Part shown: piece after piece, positions 38,761 through 50,247 of the stretch
Layout of the letters: each line of letters begins with the position of its first letter
Numbering within the stretch: the stretch's first letter is position 1
Source: Camelus dromedarius
Taxonomy: Eukaryota
Assembly: GCF_036321535.1 (NCBI RefSeq)
Contig: NC_087438.1
Coordinates: 7,442,001-7,506,000 of the forward strand
Direction: 5' to 3'
DNA length: 64,000 bases
The notes under the pieces: model-generated
Databases searched by the model: none
What the model was told of the DNA's origin: nothing
The model's input: only the letters and a program-made list of their open reading frames with translations
Translations under genes and position numbers: made by a program

Positions 38761-39560
38761 GTAGAGGAAGAGGCCCCCTGTGGGGAGGTGGGAAGTGCGT
38801 GGGTGCTGAGGGCCAGGAGACCCAAGGTGAGGACTTCTCTCTTACCAGCTTCGGGGCCTCAAGCCGTCCCCTCCTCCACTGTGACTACCATCTATTCTGT
38901 AATAAACTTTTATTAAATGCATGCCTCTACCAGCCAGAATGATGTGTGTTAAGGAAGCAAAGACAACTAAGATGTGCCTCTGTCCTGGAGAAGTCCATAG
39001 TCCGGTAAAGATGACAGACTCATGACCAACTACCACCAGCACGAAAAGTGAAGGACCACACATTTCTTGCAAAATAAGAACCATAGGTGTCCTTACAACA
39101 CATCTCGGAGGAAAAAGGGAGACGATAAATAAGTGAGACACCAAGTGCTTTGCCAGTGACAGTTACTGTTAGTATTTTTAGAACATTTTAGTAGCATCAG
39201 CCAAGTGCTTCAAAGTACCTTTGTGGTCTGGCCATCACTCCATTGCTGAAAAGCCAAGAAATCTTATCTCTATTAAAAAAAAAATCCCACGGTTTAGGAG
39301 CTGAGTTTAGGTGGTTATTTTTAGGAAAGATGAACCATTAAGTGGAGCTCTCATAGGCAGGTTGTGTTATAACAGTAAACACATGTGAGGTGACTGTCAC
39401 ATGTGGGTTCATCCTGGTGGCACAGTTCCAGGGTGGAGGCGGTTGCTAGGTTTTGGAAGTTTTGCCTTTGATCCATTTCATTGACTTTCGTTTTCTGCCT
39501 GTGGAAGGAAAATATCTTCATTGCATCCATCCATTCCTGTCTCTGCTCTATGGTTTTCAG

Positions 39561-40390
39561 GGGCAGATGTCCAGGCCAGGGACTCCCGCCGTGGGATGAC
39601 ATCCCAGGAGTGGGCGGCTTTCACAGGACGGTTCGAAGCCGTCCGCGTCTTCCAGAGGCTGCTGGAGCGACCCTGCGCGGAGCAGTTTGGGGAAAAGTAC
39701 AAACCAGAGCTTCCACTGCCCCTCGAGGCGGGTCCGAAGCCTCCGGGCTCCAAAAACTGCTTGCAGAGGCTCACCGAATTTGTGCGGTCTGCGCTGACCT
39801 CCCGCTCGCGCCAAGGCCTGGAGGATGGAGGGGTTATGGACCACATGGTCAGGATGACCACGAGCCTCTACAACCCCGCCGTGGCCATTGTTTGCCAGAC
39901 CGTGTGCCCCGAGGACCCCCCCTGTGTGGGAAAAAGGCGGCTGGCGGTTCAGGAAATCCTGGCGGCGCGGGGGGACCCGGACACACAAGCTCAGGAAAGG
40001 GACAAGGCGGAGGGCACCGAGCAACCATTCCGGACCTCCCCGGCGGCGGGGGTCTCCAGAGAGGAGACCCCCAGAGCCAGCCTCCCGTCTCCCCAGCTGC
40101 CAGCTGCCCCGCGGAGGGCCAGCCTCCTGCCCCTGCAGCTGCTTCGGCGGAGCAGCGTACGGCCGGGCGTGGTCATCCCCAAAGTGCGCATCAGCAAGGC
40201 GCCCGCGCCCACCTTCCAGCCCGAGAGGGCGGCGAGGGGCAGCACCAAGGACAGCGCCCACCTGCAGCTCCCCAAGTGGCGGTACAAGGAGGCCAAGGAG
40301 GAGAAAAGGAAGGCGGAAGAAGCAGAGAAGCAGCGGCTGGCGGCGGCGCAGAAGGAGAAGCGGACACCGTCCTGGAGGAGAAGGACGTGA
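39561..40390 (+). CDS. ANKRD33B: ANKRD33B terminal coding exon (exon 4) to TGA stop; (G)[23 protein letters not shown]...[12 protein letters not shown]
   Basis: Acceptor tggttttcag|GG at 39560; matches the 289-aa ORF 39521-40390; starts with the ankyrin GADVxARD motif and ends with a K/E/R-rich helix; phase matches exon 3. Confidence 0.95.
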
Positions 40391-42562
40391 GAGGGGCAGC
40401 CGCCCGGAAGGTGCGTCCGGCGCGGGGAGGCAGGACGCCCAGGCCCGCCGCGGAGGTGCTGCTGCCCGGAGCCCCAGAGGAGGCGGCGGGGAGGCCGTGC
40501 GGCTCCGTCCCGGGAAGGATGCGCCTCCGGGCGCCCCCCGCCCCGGGCTTGCCTTTCACTCGCCGCGCACCCCTGCGCCCACAGGCTCCTTCAGGGGCCC
40601 AGAAACCGGTTCCTGTCTGTTTGGGCCGCACCAAGAATGAACTGGGCATAAACACAAATCAGTCTGCGTAAAATCAGTTCGGCTAGCATCAGTACACCTA
40701 GTGGGCATTTTGCCTGAAAGTCTGCCTTTAAAACCTCAATTAAGAAAATTTTAGGAGCAGTTTATCAAAAGAACATTTTCTGCGTAATTTTGTATTTTTA
40801 ATCACAATCAGATTTACAGCATTTTACCAGTGTATTTAAGATGGTTTTTAACACATTTGCCTGAAGACCCTTTGTTTAAAATACCGTTTCTAGCAATAAT
40901 TAGTTGTAATATCTCTGATTTCGCACAGAATTTGTGACACTCTCCCCCTTTTTTGCTGTTTGTTTTGGTCTCTGCCTTTTCATCTCATTGTGGGTGCCCA
41001 TGAGCACTGCATGTTCTGAATTTGATCAAGTGATGCTGAATGTTTGTTTCTACTTGGTGGAGGCAATTTACTTTTACAGAAAAATGATCAAGTAAGATAG
41101 AAGAATCAGATTTCCTTGGATCTTAGTTTTTAAGCTCTCTTGTCCATACAGTGGTAATAATGAAGAAAAGCCAATCATCAAAGTATGAAACAGTGCAAAG
41201 AGAAGCACATATTTATTGCTAGAATTAAGTTCATTTTAAGCAAGGGACTTTTGATAAACTGGATACAAAGTCTTGAACACATTCAAGAATAGACATAAGA
41301 GAAAAAAACTTGTTTAATAAAATGGGGGTAAATTTAATGAATTATTAGGAATAATAAAATTAAGTCATATATGCTCTTAGGTAAATTGAATTCAGATATC
41401 TCAAAATGTAAAAAAGATGCAAGAAGAATAAGGAACCTGGAGTTCTGCAAACTACTGAACTAGGGGGCGGGGATAAATTCTTAGGGGGTGGGGGCTTAGA
41501 ATTGAATATTAAGCAAACATGTTTCAGGCAGATTCTCCTGGAGTGAGCTCGGTTGTTTCCTCCTCGAGACTCAGTTCCAAAGGAACCCCTGGTGTGGAAG
41601 TGCTTTTACTTCCCTTTGATGACTGCCTCTGATGTTCATTTCACCCTCACGCCGGCTTTGCAGAATTCCCAAGGTGTGGGACTTTGGCAGCGCACGTGTG
41701 TGATTTGCCCTGGGCCCTGTGCTCTCCGAGAGAGTTTTCTGTCCCTACCTTTTATCTCCAAAGCACTGAGAAATTCTAATGAATCTCTGCCCATCTGGGC
41801 TGTAGAGTATCTGTCATATATGCACTACCAACAGCACTTTATTTAAATATTATCCTTCTTGGAAGCCATAGACTTAAAACATTATAGGCTGATTTGGAAG
41901 CTCTTTATTATAACTCTGGATTCGCAGGGGAAATCGTGCTCCCTGGCCATGTGGTGATGAGTGCCGGTCTGTCTTGTGATGTGGGTGGGTGGCGCCAGCC
42001 TCCCCTCCTCTCCTCCCACCCACGGGTGTTGAGTGTCTCACGCTCATCTCTCCAAAAACCTCAATAAACAGGCTGGCAGGCTGCACCCAGCCTGTTGGGA
42101 GACAGGTGTGATGATAACACAGCTTTTAAAGCCAGATTTTAGTGAGTTCCTCCCTCATCCCAGAAAGACACAAGAAAAGTGGCACAAAGGGCAGGACCCA
42201 CTCTGAGCATCACTGGTATCAGTCAGTTGGCTGTGAGTCACCCACTTGCCTATGAGTAGGGGTTGGCCAAGAACTCTTGGGTGAGATGAGAGCTGGTCCC
42301 CGAGATGGAGAGAAACACCCCTTGTCTCCCTGGCAGTTCAGTCCTTTGAGATATTTTTTGTGTTGATACACCCTCATTGCTTTGAATGGCTGGCTGTATT
42401 TTTCTCATTAAGGGGTCACTCCCTGCCCCCTCTCTTCCAGTGCCGGTGACAGACAGGGGCACTGATGGGTGGCGACCTCCTTCTCTCCACATGTCCCCTC
42501 AGCTCTGTCACCACATATGGTCCCTACTGTCCCTTCTGTCTCCTTTCCTCCTCACTTGCTTG

Positions 42563-42781
42563 CTCTTTCTTTTCTTTTCTTTTCTTTTCTTTTCTTTTCT
42601 TTTCTTTTCTTTTCTTTTCTTTTCTTTTCTTTTCTTTTCTTTTTTCTCTTCTCTTCTCCCCTCCCCTCCCCTCCCCTCCCCTCCCCTCCCCTCCCCTCCC
42701 CTCCCCTCCCCTCTCCTCTCCTCTCCTCTCCTCTCCTCTCCTCTCCTTTCCTTTCCTTTCCTTTCCTTTCCTTTCCTTTCT
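42563..42781. repeat. Pure polypyrimidine compound pentanucleotide repeat (CTTTT)n-(CCCCT)n-(CCTCT)n-(CCTTT)n
   Basis: 219 consecutive C/T bases. Confidence 0.95.
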
Positions 42782-45700
42782 GCCTATTTTCTGCTCCAGA
42801 TTTGGCTAAATGCCTTGATCATCCCTGGCTCCACTACTCTGAGGTTTGAAAAGGGCAGAAGAGGAAGGCAATCAAGGGAGATCAACAGTGTCCCTTTGGA
42901 TTATCCTGCTATGTCCTCCAAACCCCCAAGGGTGGACTGATGGCAGATTTCGCCAGCTGCTTCTGTGTAGAATTTTGGCACAGTCCCCCTACCTCGCCCC
43001 ACCCCCATTTTTTTTCCTTTTAGGAAGGGAGTCTCAGTTTGCTCTCCTGACCAATGACATCACCGCCCCGCTGTACAGAGCAGGGGGCTCTGGTGTCTGC
43101 TTGCTCTCCTGACGTTTATTAACTGTAAATAGTGAATTTCAAGTTGACAGGTACCTTCTCAGGGATTTATATATAAACATAGTTAGGGGGGAATGTCGAC
43201 GTCTATTTTAATATTTTTTAGCATTGAGTGAGTTATGATTAAACTGGACAGAAGAACTATTTCTAAGACAGTGTCAGTGCTGCTCTTTGCCAGGGTGATA
43301 CCTGGGAACTACCCCTCACATTGGGATTTGACTATTGGAAGCCCAGAACTCTGGCAGCTGAAATGGCTTTGGAGTGGATGTGAAGTCACTCCTGAACCTC
43401 TCAGTTACCTCTTGTGGATGTGAACCCTTGTATTTAAAAAGAAAAATTCGACCTCTCTGTAAGTAGAGGTGACTGTGACATGCAGGTAGACTCTTCTTCA
43501 TTGCTTTCGCCTCGAGAACTGGTTACTCCCCGTCTGACCCCGGGGAGCATCGTGTGCGATGACAGTGCTTTCTGTTTGCTTCTGTGAATCTCATGTTCCC
43601 CAGTCAGCCCAGCACCGAGCTCCTTGCTGGGAGGGATGAGGGAAAAACTGGGAGAAATTTCCTCTGGAAGGACCTTGGTGTTCAGAGGCCATAAACTTTC
43701 CAGGTCTTTGGCTCCACTGGAGAAATGCAACCCATACGATTATGGATGTTCATGACTTCTTCTGAAGTGCCTGCCCACAGGCTCCTGGCAGCACCAGATA
43801 CCTCAGAAGTACGATCAGAAATTGCAGTCCTTCGTCATCTCAACTTCGGGCACTCCTGAGACTCGCTCCTGCTGTGGAGAAGGAGAGAAAGAGTTCATGA
43901 TGTCCGTGGGCAATTGGGACTTGTGGATGCGGAGCGCCATCCGGGCTGCCCCTGCCCCCCTCCTTCTGCACTGTCAGTGGGCGACCAGGTCTCTGGAATT
44001 CCCCTGTCTGAGCAGAGTTGAGGCCGTTGTCTGTGAAACTGAATCCCGTGAGGTGGGGCCAGACACCAGTCCTGAAGTGGATGCAAAGCTGGCTGTCTCC
44101 AGGGAAGAACCATGGGTACCGAGTTATCATGAAGAAAAGGTGAATAAATGAGCCAAGACTCAGCAGTAGGTATGATTTGTCTCGTGCAGCCTCCGGCAGG
44201 AGCACTGTCCCCACCCTCATCTGCACACACTACATCAAGACCGGCTTCTCGTAATTTCCCCAGTTTGCTCTGTGAGACGAGGTCCAGCCCTGACGTCTGT
44301 CAGGTATTCCTACCCGCAGGTTCCCCTGAAGACTCATGCTCGCTCATTTCCCACCCTAATGCAGGACTGTTGTTCCCGGCACTGCTGGGATTTATCAGGG
44401 ACTGTTGCAAGCTCCTAGTCACCATCAGTCTTTTCTAGGATGAAGCGCTGGCACTTTTTCTTTCTTACAGGATTTGGGGAAATTCTAACGCGCCATCCAA
44501 GCATTTGCTCGAGAGCCTTTGTGTCCTGTTGTGAGTAACTGGATTCTGCCCAGGGCTGTGGGTGCCCTGCACACAGGACCCCTTAGAGCCCTGGTCTGTG
44601 TGTCTGGTTTTTGTTTCCTCAACAGCAGGTTCCTGCTGGGCCCCTCTGAGCCAGGCAGCTGCCCGCTGGACCACGGTCTTCTGGGGAGGGAAAGGCAGAA
44701 GAACCCTCACCACCGACCCTTATAAAACCACAAAGTCCTGCTCACGACCACAGCTGACGTCGGGTACCTCCTCGTGGCAGCGGGGGTGCTGTTGCCATAA
44801 ACAACTTCCAACAAAACAGCTCTTCCTGAAACGCTGACAGCCATCCTCTCAGCGTCGTGTCTCTCAATGACTGAAAACTTGTTTCCAGCGTCTCTGTACC
44901 TCTTGAGTCAGCTCCTCACTTCTGTGTCCTTGAATTCACATGTTTCTTCATTAACATTTAGAATGAGCAACTAAAAAAATTCCTCTGGAGTTTTTTTGAA
45001 AGAAATGGGGGGCAGAGCAAAAAAAAAAAAAAAAAAAAGCCCACCACTGCCTGGTTTGATTGAGCTAGTTTTCAAGGGACTCAATTGCATGTCAGTGCCG
45101 CGTGCACGAGCTCCTCCCCCGAGCCAGGGGGAGATCAGGCTGACACCCTGCAGGACTCTGACAGCCCTCGGCGGCGAGCGGATGTGTGTGATGTGATGTG
45201 AGTGTGCACGGACACACACGTGCCCGCACACACACACACAAACTGGAAGTCCAGGTGCTCACAAAAGTGACTGCTGCTGTGGCTTCCAGGTGACGCCAGG
45301 TGTGACCTGCTTGGATGGCGTGTACTGAAGGATGGACCAGCCCAAGACCCACTGGGAGCCCTCCGTCCAGTGTGACGTGTAACACAGCCAGTGTGTCCCA
45401 ACCCAGGTCTTCTTGTTGCAAGGTGGTGTTGGCCCAGGCGGCTCCTGTGGGACCACCGTTTCCATCTAGCTGGGCCACCTCTCTGCTGCTGATGGCACAT
45501 CCTTGGGGTGGAGTGGCCGAGTCAGGGTGGACTCTCGGCTTGGGGAGCCCCACCAGGCATTCAGCCCCTGGCCACAGGGTGAGAGCTGAATCTCTTGTAG
45601 TTTGGTGCCAGGCTAAGCACAGAATCAGCATCTTACCCTGAAGAGGCACCGGGATGTCCCCCAAGTCTGCCAAAGTATCAGATACTCTAATTCATCAAAG

Positions 45701-46414
45701 TGAACACAACCTGGTTTTTGAGAGAAATCGGTTCATCATCATGTGACACCTTTATACTGGTTTTGATGAAAATGTAGGAGAGAAACCAAATGCAGCCAGG
45801 ACCCGCAGGCACAGCGTGGCCTGTGTTGGTGTGATGCTTTATGAAATTTTGGGAGGTCGCATTGAAGCACTTTAACACCAGTTTTTGAGCAGAAGTTCTA
45901 GAAGCTGGAACTACATGAACTGGTTTCATCTGTTGAACTGGATGAAAACCAGAAAAAGATGCTGTAAACCTGGGGGTGTTACCAGTAACCCCGTGAGCCT
46001 TTGGGCCACCCTAAGGAATTTGAATAACAGACCCCATTCAAATGAACAGGTCAAGCTGATCTCACTGGATTTTTTTTTTTTTATTTGAATCCTTGTTCTG
46101 CCTGGCATATACCAGGTGTCTGAGGATGTATGTTTTTAACAAGGGTGACTTTGTGACAGGTTAAGAATTGAATGGACTCTGCACAGGTGCCAGGTACCAG
46201 TTTATGACGTGCGGGAATAAGCTCTATTTTCTGAATGTAAAGCTATTTTCATTGACATTTCTAAAAATCCCATAGGCTTCTGGATATTACAAAAATGTTG
46301 AATAAGGATATAATTGTGTAAATTTCAAAGTGCTTTATTTTGAGGTGAGAGTTTTGTTACAGTTTATAAAAGATATTTTCCTATTTAGACCTCAGGGCTA
46401 TTTGGGGATCTAGA

Positions 46415-46669
46415 AATAAATGACTCCCAGCAGTTTCAATCCTTGATATCCAAAACGTTAATCATCTTTAAGATAAATATGATATATTATTCAGCAGAAA
46501 GAATGTGTCTTTCCCTTTTAACTCCTAACACACTCTTGTATCTAAAGTTTAAAAAGTAGAGAATAAAAGATGTGTGAATGTAAAAATGTGGGGAAATTGT
46601 GGCTACAGAATTAAAAATCACTTGTGACATAAACATTCTTACGGTACAATGGTGTGGTATTTAAATAAA
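46415..46669 (+). terminator. Cluster of candidate distal poly(A) signals for ANKRD33B (AATAAA at 46415, 46562, 46664)
   Basis: Three AATAAA hexamers in AT-rich sequence just before repeat density rises again; proximal alternatives at 41316, 41353 and 42063. Confidence 0.45.
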
Positions 46670-46798
46670 CCTAAGTGTGTGTAAATTAGAAAAATGATAA
46701 GTGAAATACACCAATATTTTTAATGTTACTTATTTTGATCAAAATGGACGTGTACTTTATCTGATCTGCTTTTATTTCTCAAAGGTAAGATTTTTGTC

Positions 46799-46951
46799 CT
46801 TTTTTTTTTGTTTGTTTATCTTTTTGTTGTTGGGGGTGAGTAGGTAATTAGATTTATTTATTTAGTTAGTTTTAGTAGAGGGACTGGGCATTGAACCCAG
46901 GACCTTGTACATGCCGAGCATGCACTTCACTACTTGAGCTATACCCTCTCC
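46799..46951 (-). mobile_element. Vic-1-like SINE
   Basis: Reverse-complement head (TTGAACCCAGGACC...GAGCTATACCCTC); T-rich tail; TSD CTCAAAGGTAAGA at 46778-46790 and 46955-46967. Confidence 0.88.
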
Positions 46952-47159
46952 TGCCTCAAAGGTAAGACTTTTAAATTCATAAGTTACCCATGAATACTTC
47001 CCACAGGTTAAAATAATCTTGTTATAGTCTCCTCCTTCTCAGAAGTACCCATTGGGACGGAAGCTTCCTTCAGCTGTGTCTCCGCATATTTATTTACATG
47101 TGTCTATAGAAAGACATTTAGTTTTGTTTCTCCATGTATTCTTTTTACCTAAGTGCTAC

Positions 47160-48210
47160 AGGATAAATGTTGTTCTTTAGTTTCTTTTCTTTACTCCAGA
47201 CATGTCCTTGAAAAGCTTTTTAAAGAGCTTAACAATTAGTTTCATATTCTTTTCACAGCTGAAAAAAAGTAATGCTGCAACACAGGAGAAACACACCAAA
47301 CACCGTAAAAGATGAAAAGTGACCCACCCTCTCCCGGGCCAATCCCTCAGATGCTGTTTGTGTCTTTCTAGAAATGTATTTTTGATGTCTTCTCCCCTTC
47401 GTGTGTACACAGGAGAGATGGTGTTGTCTACAGTCTCATCCTCCGTTCTTGTTGATTGCTGTGCAGCGTTTCTCTGGAGAGCTGCACCCTGGTTCATTAA
47501 AGCATCCCCTCCCAATGGACTGTTAACACTGCTTCCAGTTCTTACCACTTGCACTTACCCAATTGTATACATGCGTATACACGGGTGAATGCTTCCCCAA
47601 GACAGGCGTGTAGAGGTGGGACTTGCTGGATGGAAGGGGAGACGCGTTTTAATTTCAGTAGTCACTGCTGTGTTGCCCTTTTCAAAGGCTGCTGAGTATT
47701 TCCCGCTGGCAGTGGACAAAAAAGGCCACTTCCTGCCTGCAGCAACAGGTTTGCAGCCACGGTTCCAGCCAGGGACATGAAAGGCAGCTGGAAGTCCCAG
47801 GCTGGCCAACCGAACAACCTGCTGTTTGTCAGACAGCCTAATGTTGGCCAATCTGCTGGTTAAAAGTGGAATCTCACTTGAGTTTTTATTTCCTGTTTTA
47901 AAATCTATTTTTATTTGTTTCTCATTTTTAAAGGATTTTACTTTTTGGTGTCTTTTTTTGCTGGTTTGTAGGAGTTTGCTATACATTTCAGGTCACAAGT
48001 CTTTGACACACGCTGTGTCTCTTTTCCTCACGTTATATCACTTATCTTTAAGGTATCTGGTATAAAAGCTTTAAATTATGATTTAGTCAAACTTGCCAAA
48101 CTTTTTACTTTATATTTGCATTTTTTTTTATTGAAGAAAGCTTTTCCTACCCCAAACCAGCAACGTTGTTCTTCTACAGTTTCATCTAATGATTTGTGGG
48201 TACTTTTCTT
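47160..48210 (-). mobile_element. Highly degraded L1M fragment
   Basis: L1-like blocks (GCCAATCTG..AAAAGTGG.ATCTCA, TTTGTAGGAGTT..TACAT, AAGAAA..TTTCCTACCCCA). Confidence 0.55.
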
Positions 48211-49790
48211 TTTAGCTCAAAAAAAGACATTTGTACACAATTCATCACTTAGGCTATTTTTGATGGGACCCAAAACCAAGCAGCTCCTATTTATTTGGGA
48301 ACTTCTACTCTGCCTTTGGGAAATCTAAAGTCTAACGCATTAAAAACCATAATTCTCATTAAATTCTACTCACCCCAAAATCATAATTATTAAGGAAGGA
48401 CATAAATAGGAAGCCCAGTTTTAGATAAAGCTTTGTTCTGGGCCAAGAGTCTTATTGGAGGTTATTTGTATTTGTGGTTTGTGAAGGAGCAGATGGCGGG
48501 AAGGTAACATACAAGGGGCAGTCCTTATTAAGCTAGCAGAGGGTCTAAGGCGAGCAGAGGGATGGTCCTCAGGCAGTGCGTTCCCCGGATGCTCAGCTGT
48601 CCACTGGCCTCTGCACTGGGCAGCCGTGTGGTCAAGAATGTCACCCCTGAGACCTCGAGGGCTTCTGTGTGCAGCCCTGGTTGCCCCTCACAAAGGCCCT
48701 TCACATGGTCACTGGCTCCCAGCAGGTCACTCTTGCTGCTTTCCTTGACACTGACCACTGACCGGACTGGGTTCCAGCTAGGGACATAAAAGGCGGCTGG
48801 AAATCCCAGGTTGGCTGACAGAACAGCCTTTGATGTGCAGATTGCTCAGGTCAGTTGTCAGCTTGACCCAGAGGTCCCAGTCCCAGGGCGGGCAAACTGT
48901 CCCTGCAGCAGGGGTGACCGATCACAGGCATGGGGCGGCCACCTCTGCCCATCCCGCATCACCCAGTCAGCCTGTCTGAGCTCATTACTGTGCTCACTTA
49001 AAAAAAAACAACAAAAACCTAACAAAATGTTAACACATTTTTCTGGATTAAAAAATTTAAATATATCAAGCACACCCAAATCCACCTTGCTATTTCAAAA
49101 GCATTATTCGAAACACAAAATCAGGGAATCAGGGAGCAGCAAGAATATGATGTCAACTTTTCATGAGCTCTTACTGGAAAAAGCGGCTTTATTAGTGCCA
49201 GGAGCCTACTTGAGAAGCTAGACCAGAAAAGCCCCTCTCTGGGCCACCAGAGACAGGAGGGCTCGGGGACATGGATTGTGGTGGGGAAGCTGTCACCCGA
49301 GAGTGGAAAGGGTTGCAAAAGGTCTTCACTCCCTGGGCAAAGGAGTCCCTTGGCTGGGAGCCCTGAGCCATCCCAGGGCCACTTCACCCCTGTGCCTGGG
49401 GGTGGGATGACCAGCTGTTACCTTCCAACCTGAGTGGTCATTGAAAGATGCGAACGTGATGTTCTCCCTGACCAAACCCCACTGGAAGGGGCAGCCCTTG
49501 GTTGAAGTGCATGATGCCTTCTGTGGGGTGAGAGGTCACAGTCTGGGGGTCTGAAAAGTAATCACTCTCCTTCTGTCCCACTGCTGTTTCTCTAACTCAA
49601 CACACTTCTGGTCCTGGACTCAGGCCAGGGGGCCCTTGAGATATCTGGGCAACTCTCATGTTCTCTGCAAGCCAGCAGACGGACGTCTGCAGTTGCATAA
49701 AGCAGTGATGCCCAAAGGGCCGCTCCCCAGGACCACCAGCAGCAGCAGCGCTTGGAAAACTGTCAGAAACACACCTTCCCGGGTCACATC

Positions 49791-50247
49791 TGTATGAGTC
49801 TCCAGTGATCACTAAAACAAATTACCACAAACTTGGATGGCTTCAAGGGAGAGAAGTGTATTGCCTCGCAGATGGGGAGGCCGGAAATTCGAAATCATGG
49901 TGTCAGCAGGGCCAAGCTCCCTCTGGAAGCTCCGGGGAGGACCAGTCCCTGCCTCTTCCAGCAGCTGGCGGTGGCCAGTGGTCCTCGGTGTTCCTTGACT
50001 TGTGGCAGCCGCCGCCTGCCTGCCTCCGCCACCACACGACCCGCCTCCTCTTGTGTGTCTGTGTCCATATTTCCCTCTGTTTATAAGGTCACCGGTCACT
50101 GGATTAGCACCCACCCTAATTCTGCACGGCCTTGTGTTAACTGAATTTCATGTGCAAAGACCCTATTTCTGAATAAGGCCATGTTACAGGTACCCAGGGT
50201 CAGGACTTCAGCAAATCCTTTCGGGGGACACAACTCAACCTGCATCA
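49791..50247 (-). mobile_element. MLT1C/D-like MaLR solo LTR
   Basis: ACAAATTACCACAAACTTGG..GGCTT, GGTGTCAGCAGGGCC, GCAAAGACCCTATTTC and GGGGGACACAACTCAACC motifs. Confidence 0.8.

Larger units (their letters stand above)
40391..46690 (+). other. ANKRD33B: Probable long 3'UTR of ANKRD33B (3' end uncertain)
   Basis: Largely free of interspersed repeats after the stop codon, with AT-rich blocks and several AATAAA hexamers; the human orthologue is recalled to have a multi-kb 3'UTR. The end point is inferred. Confidence 0.55.

Noticed and set aside
39481..40671. Long overlapping ORFs around exon 4 (396 aa and 250 aa on +, 234 aa and 154 aa on -)
   Set aside because: Shadow ORFs of a very GC-rich coding exon with low-complexity G/A/P/R translations. 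The 396-aa frame would need a phase-2 donor that none of the identified exons supplies.
42386..42940. 184-aa ORF rich in F/S/L/P
   Set aside because: It is only the translation of the stop-free pentanucleotide repeat.
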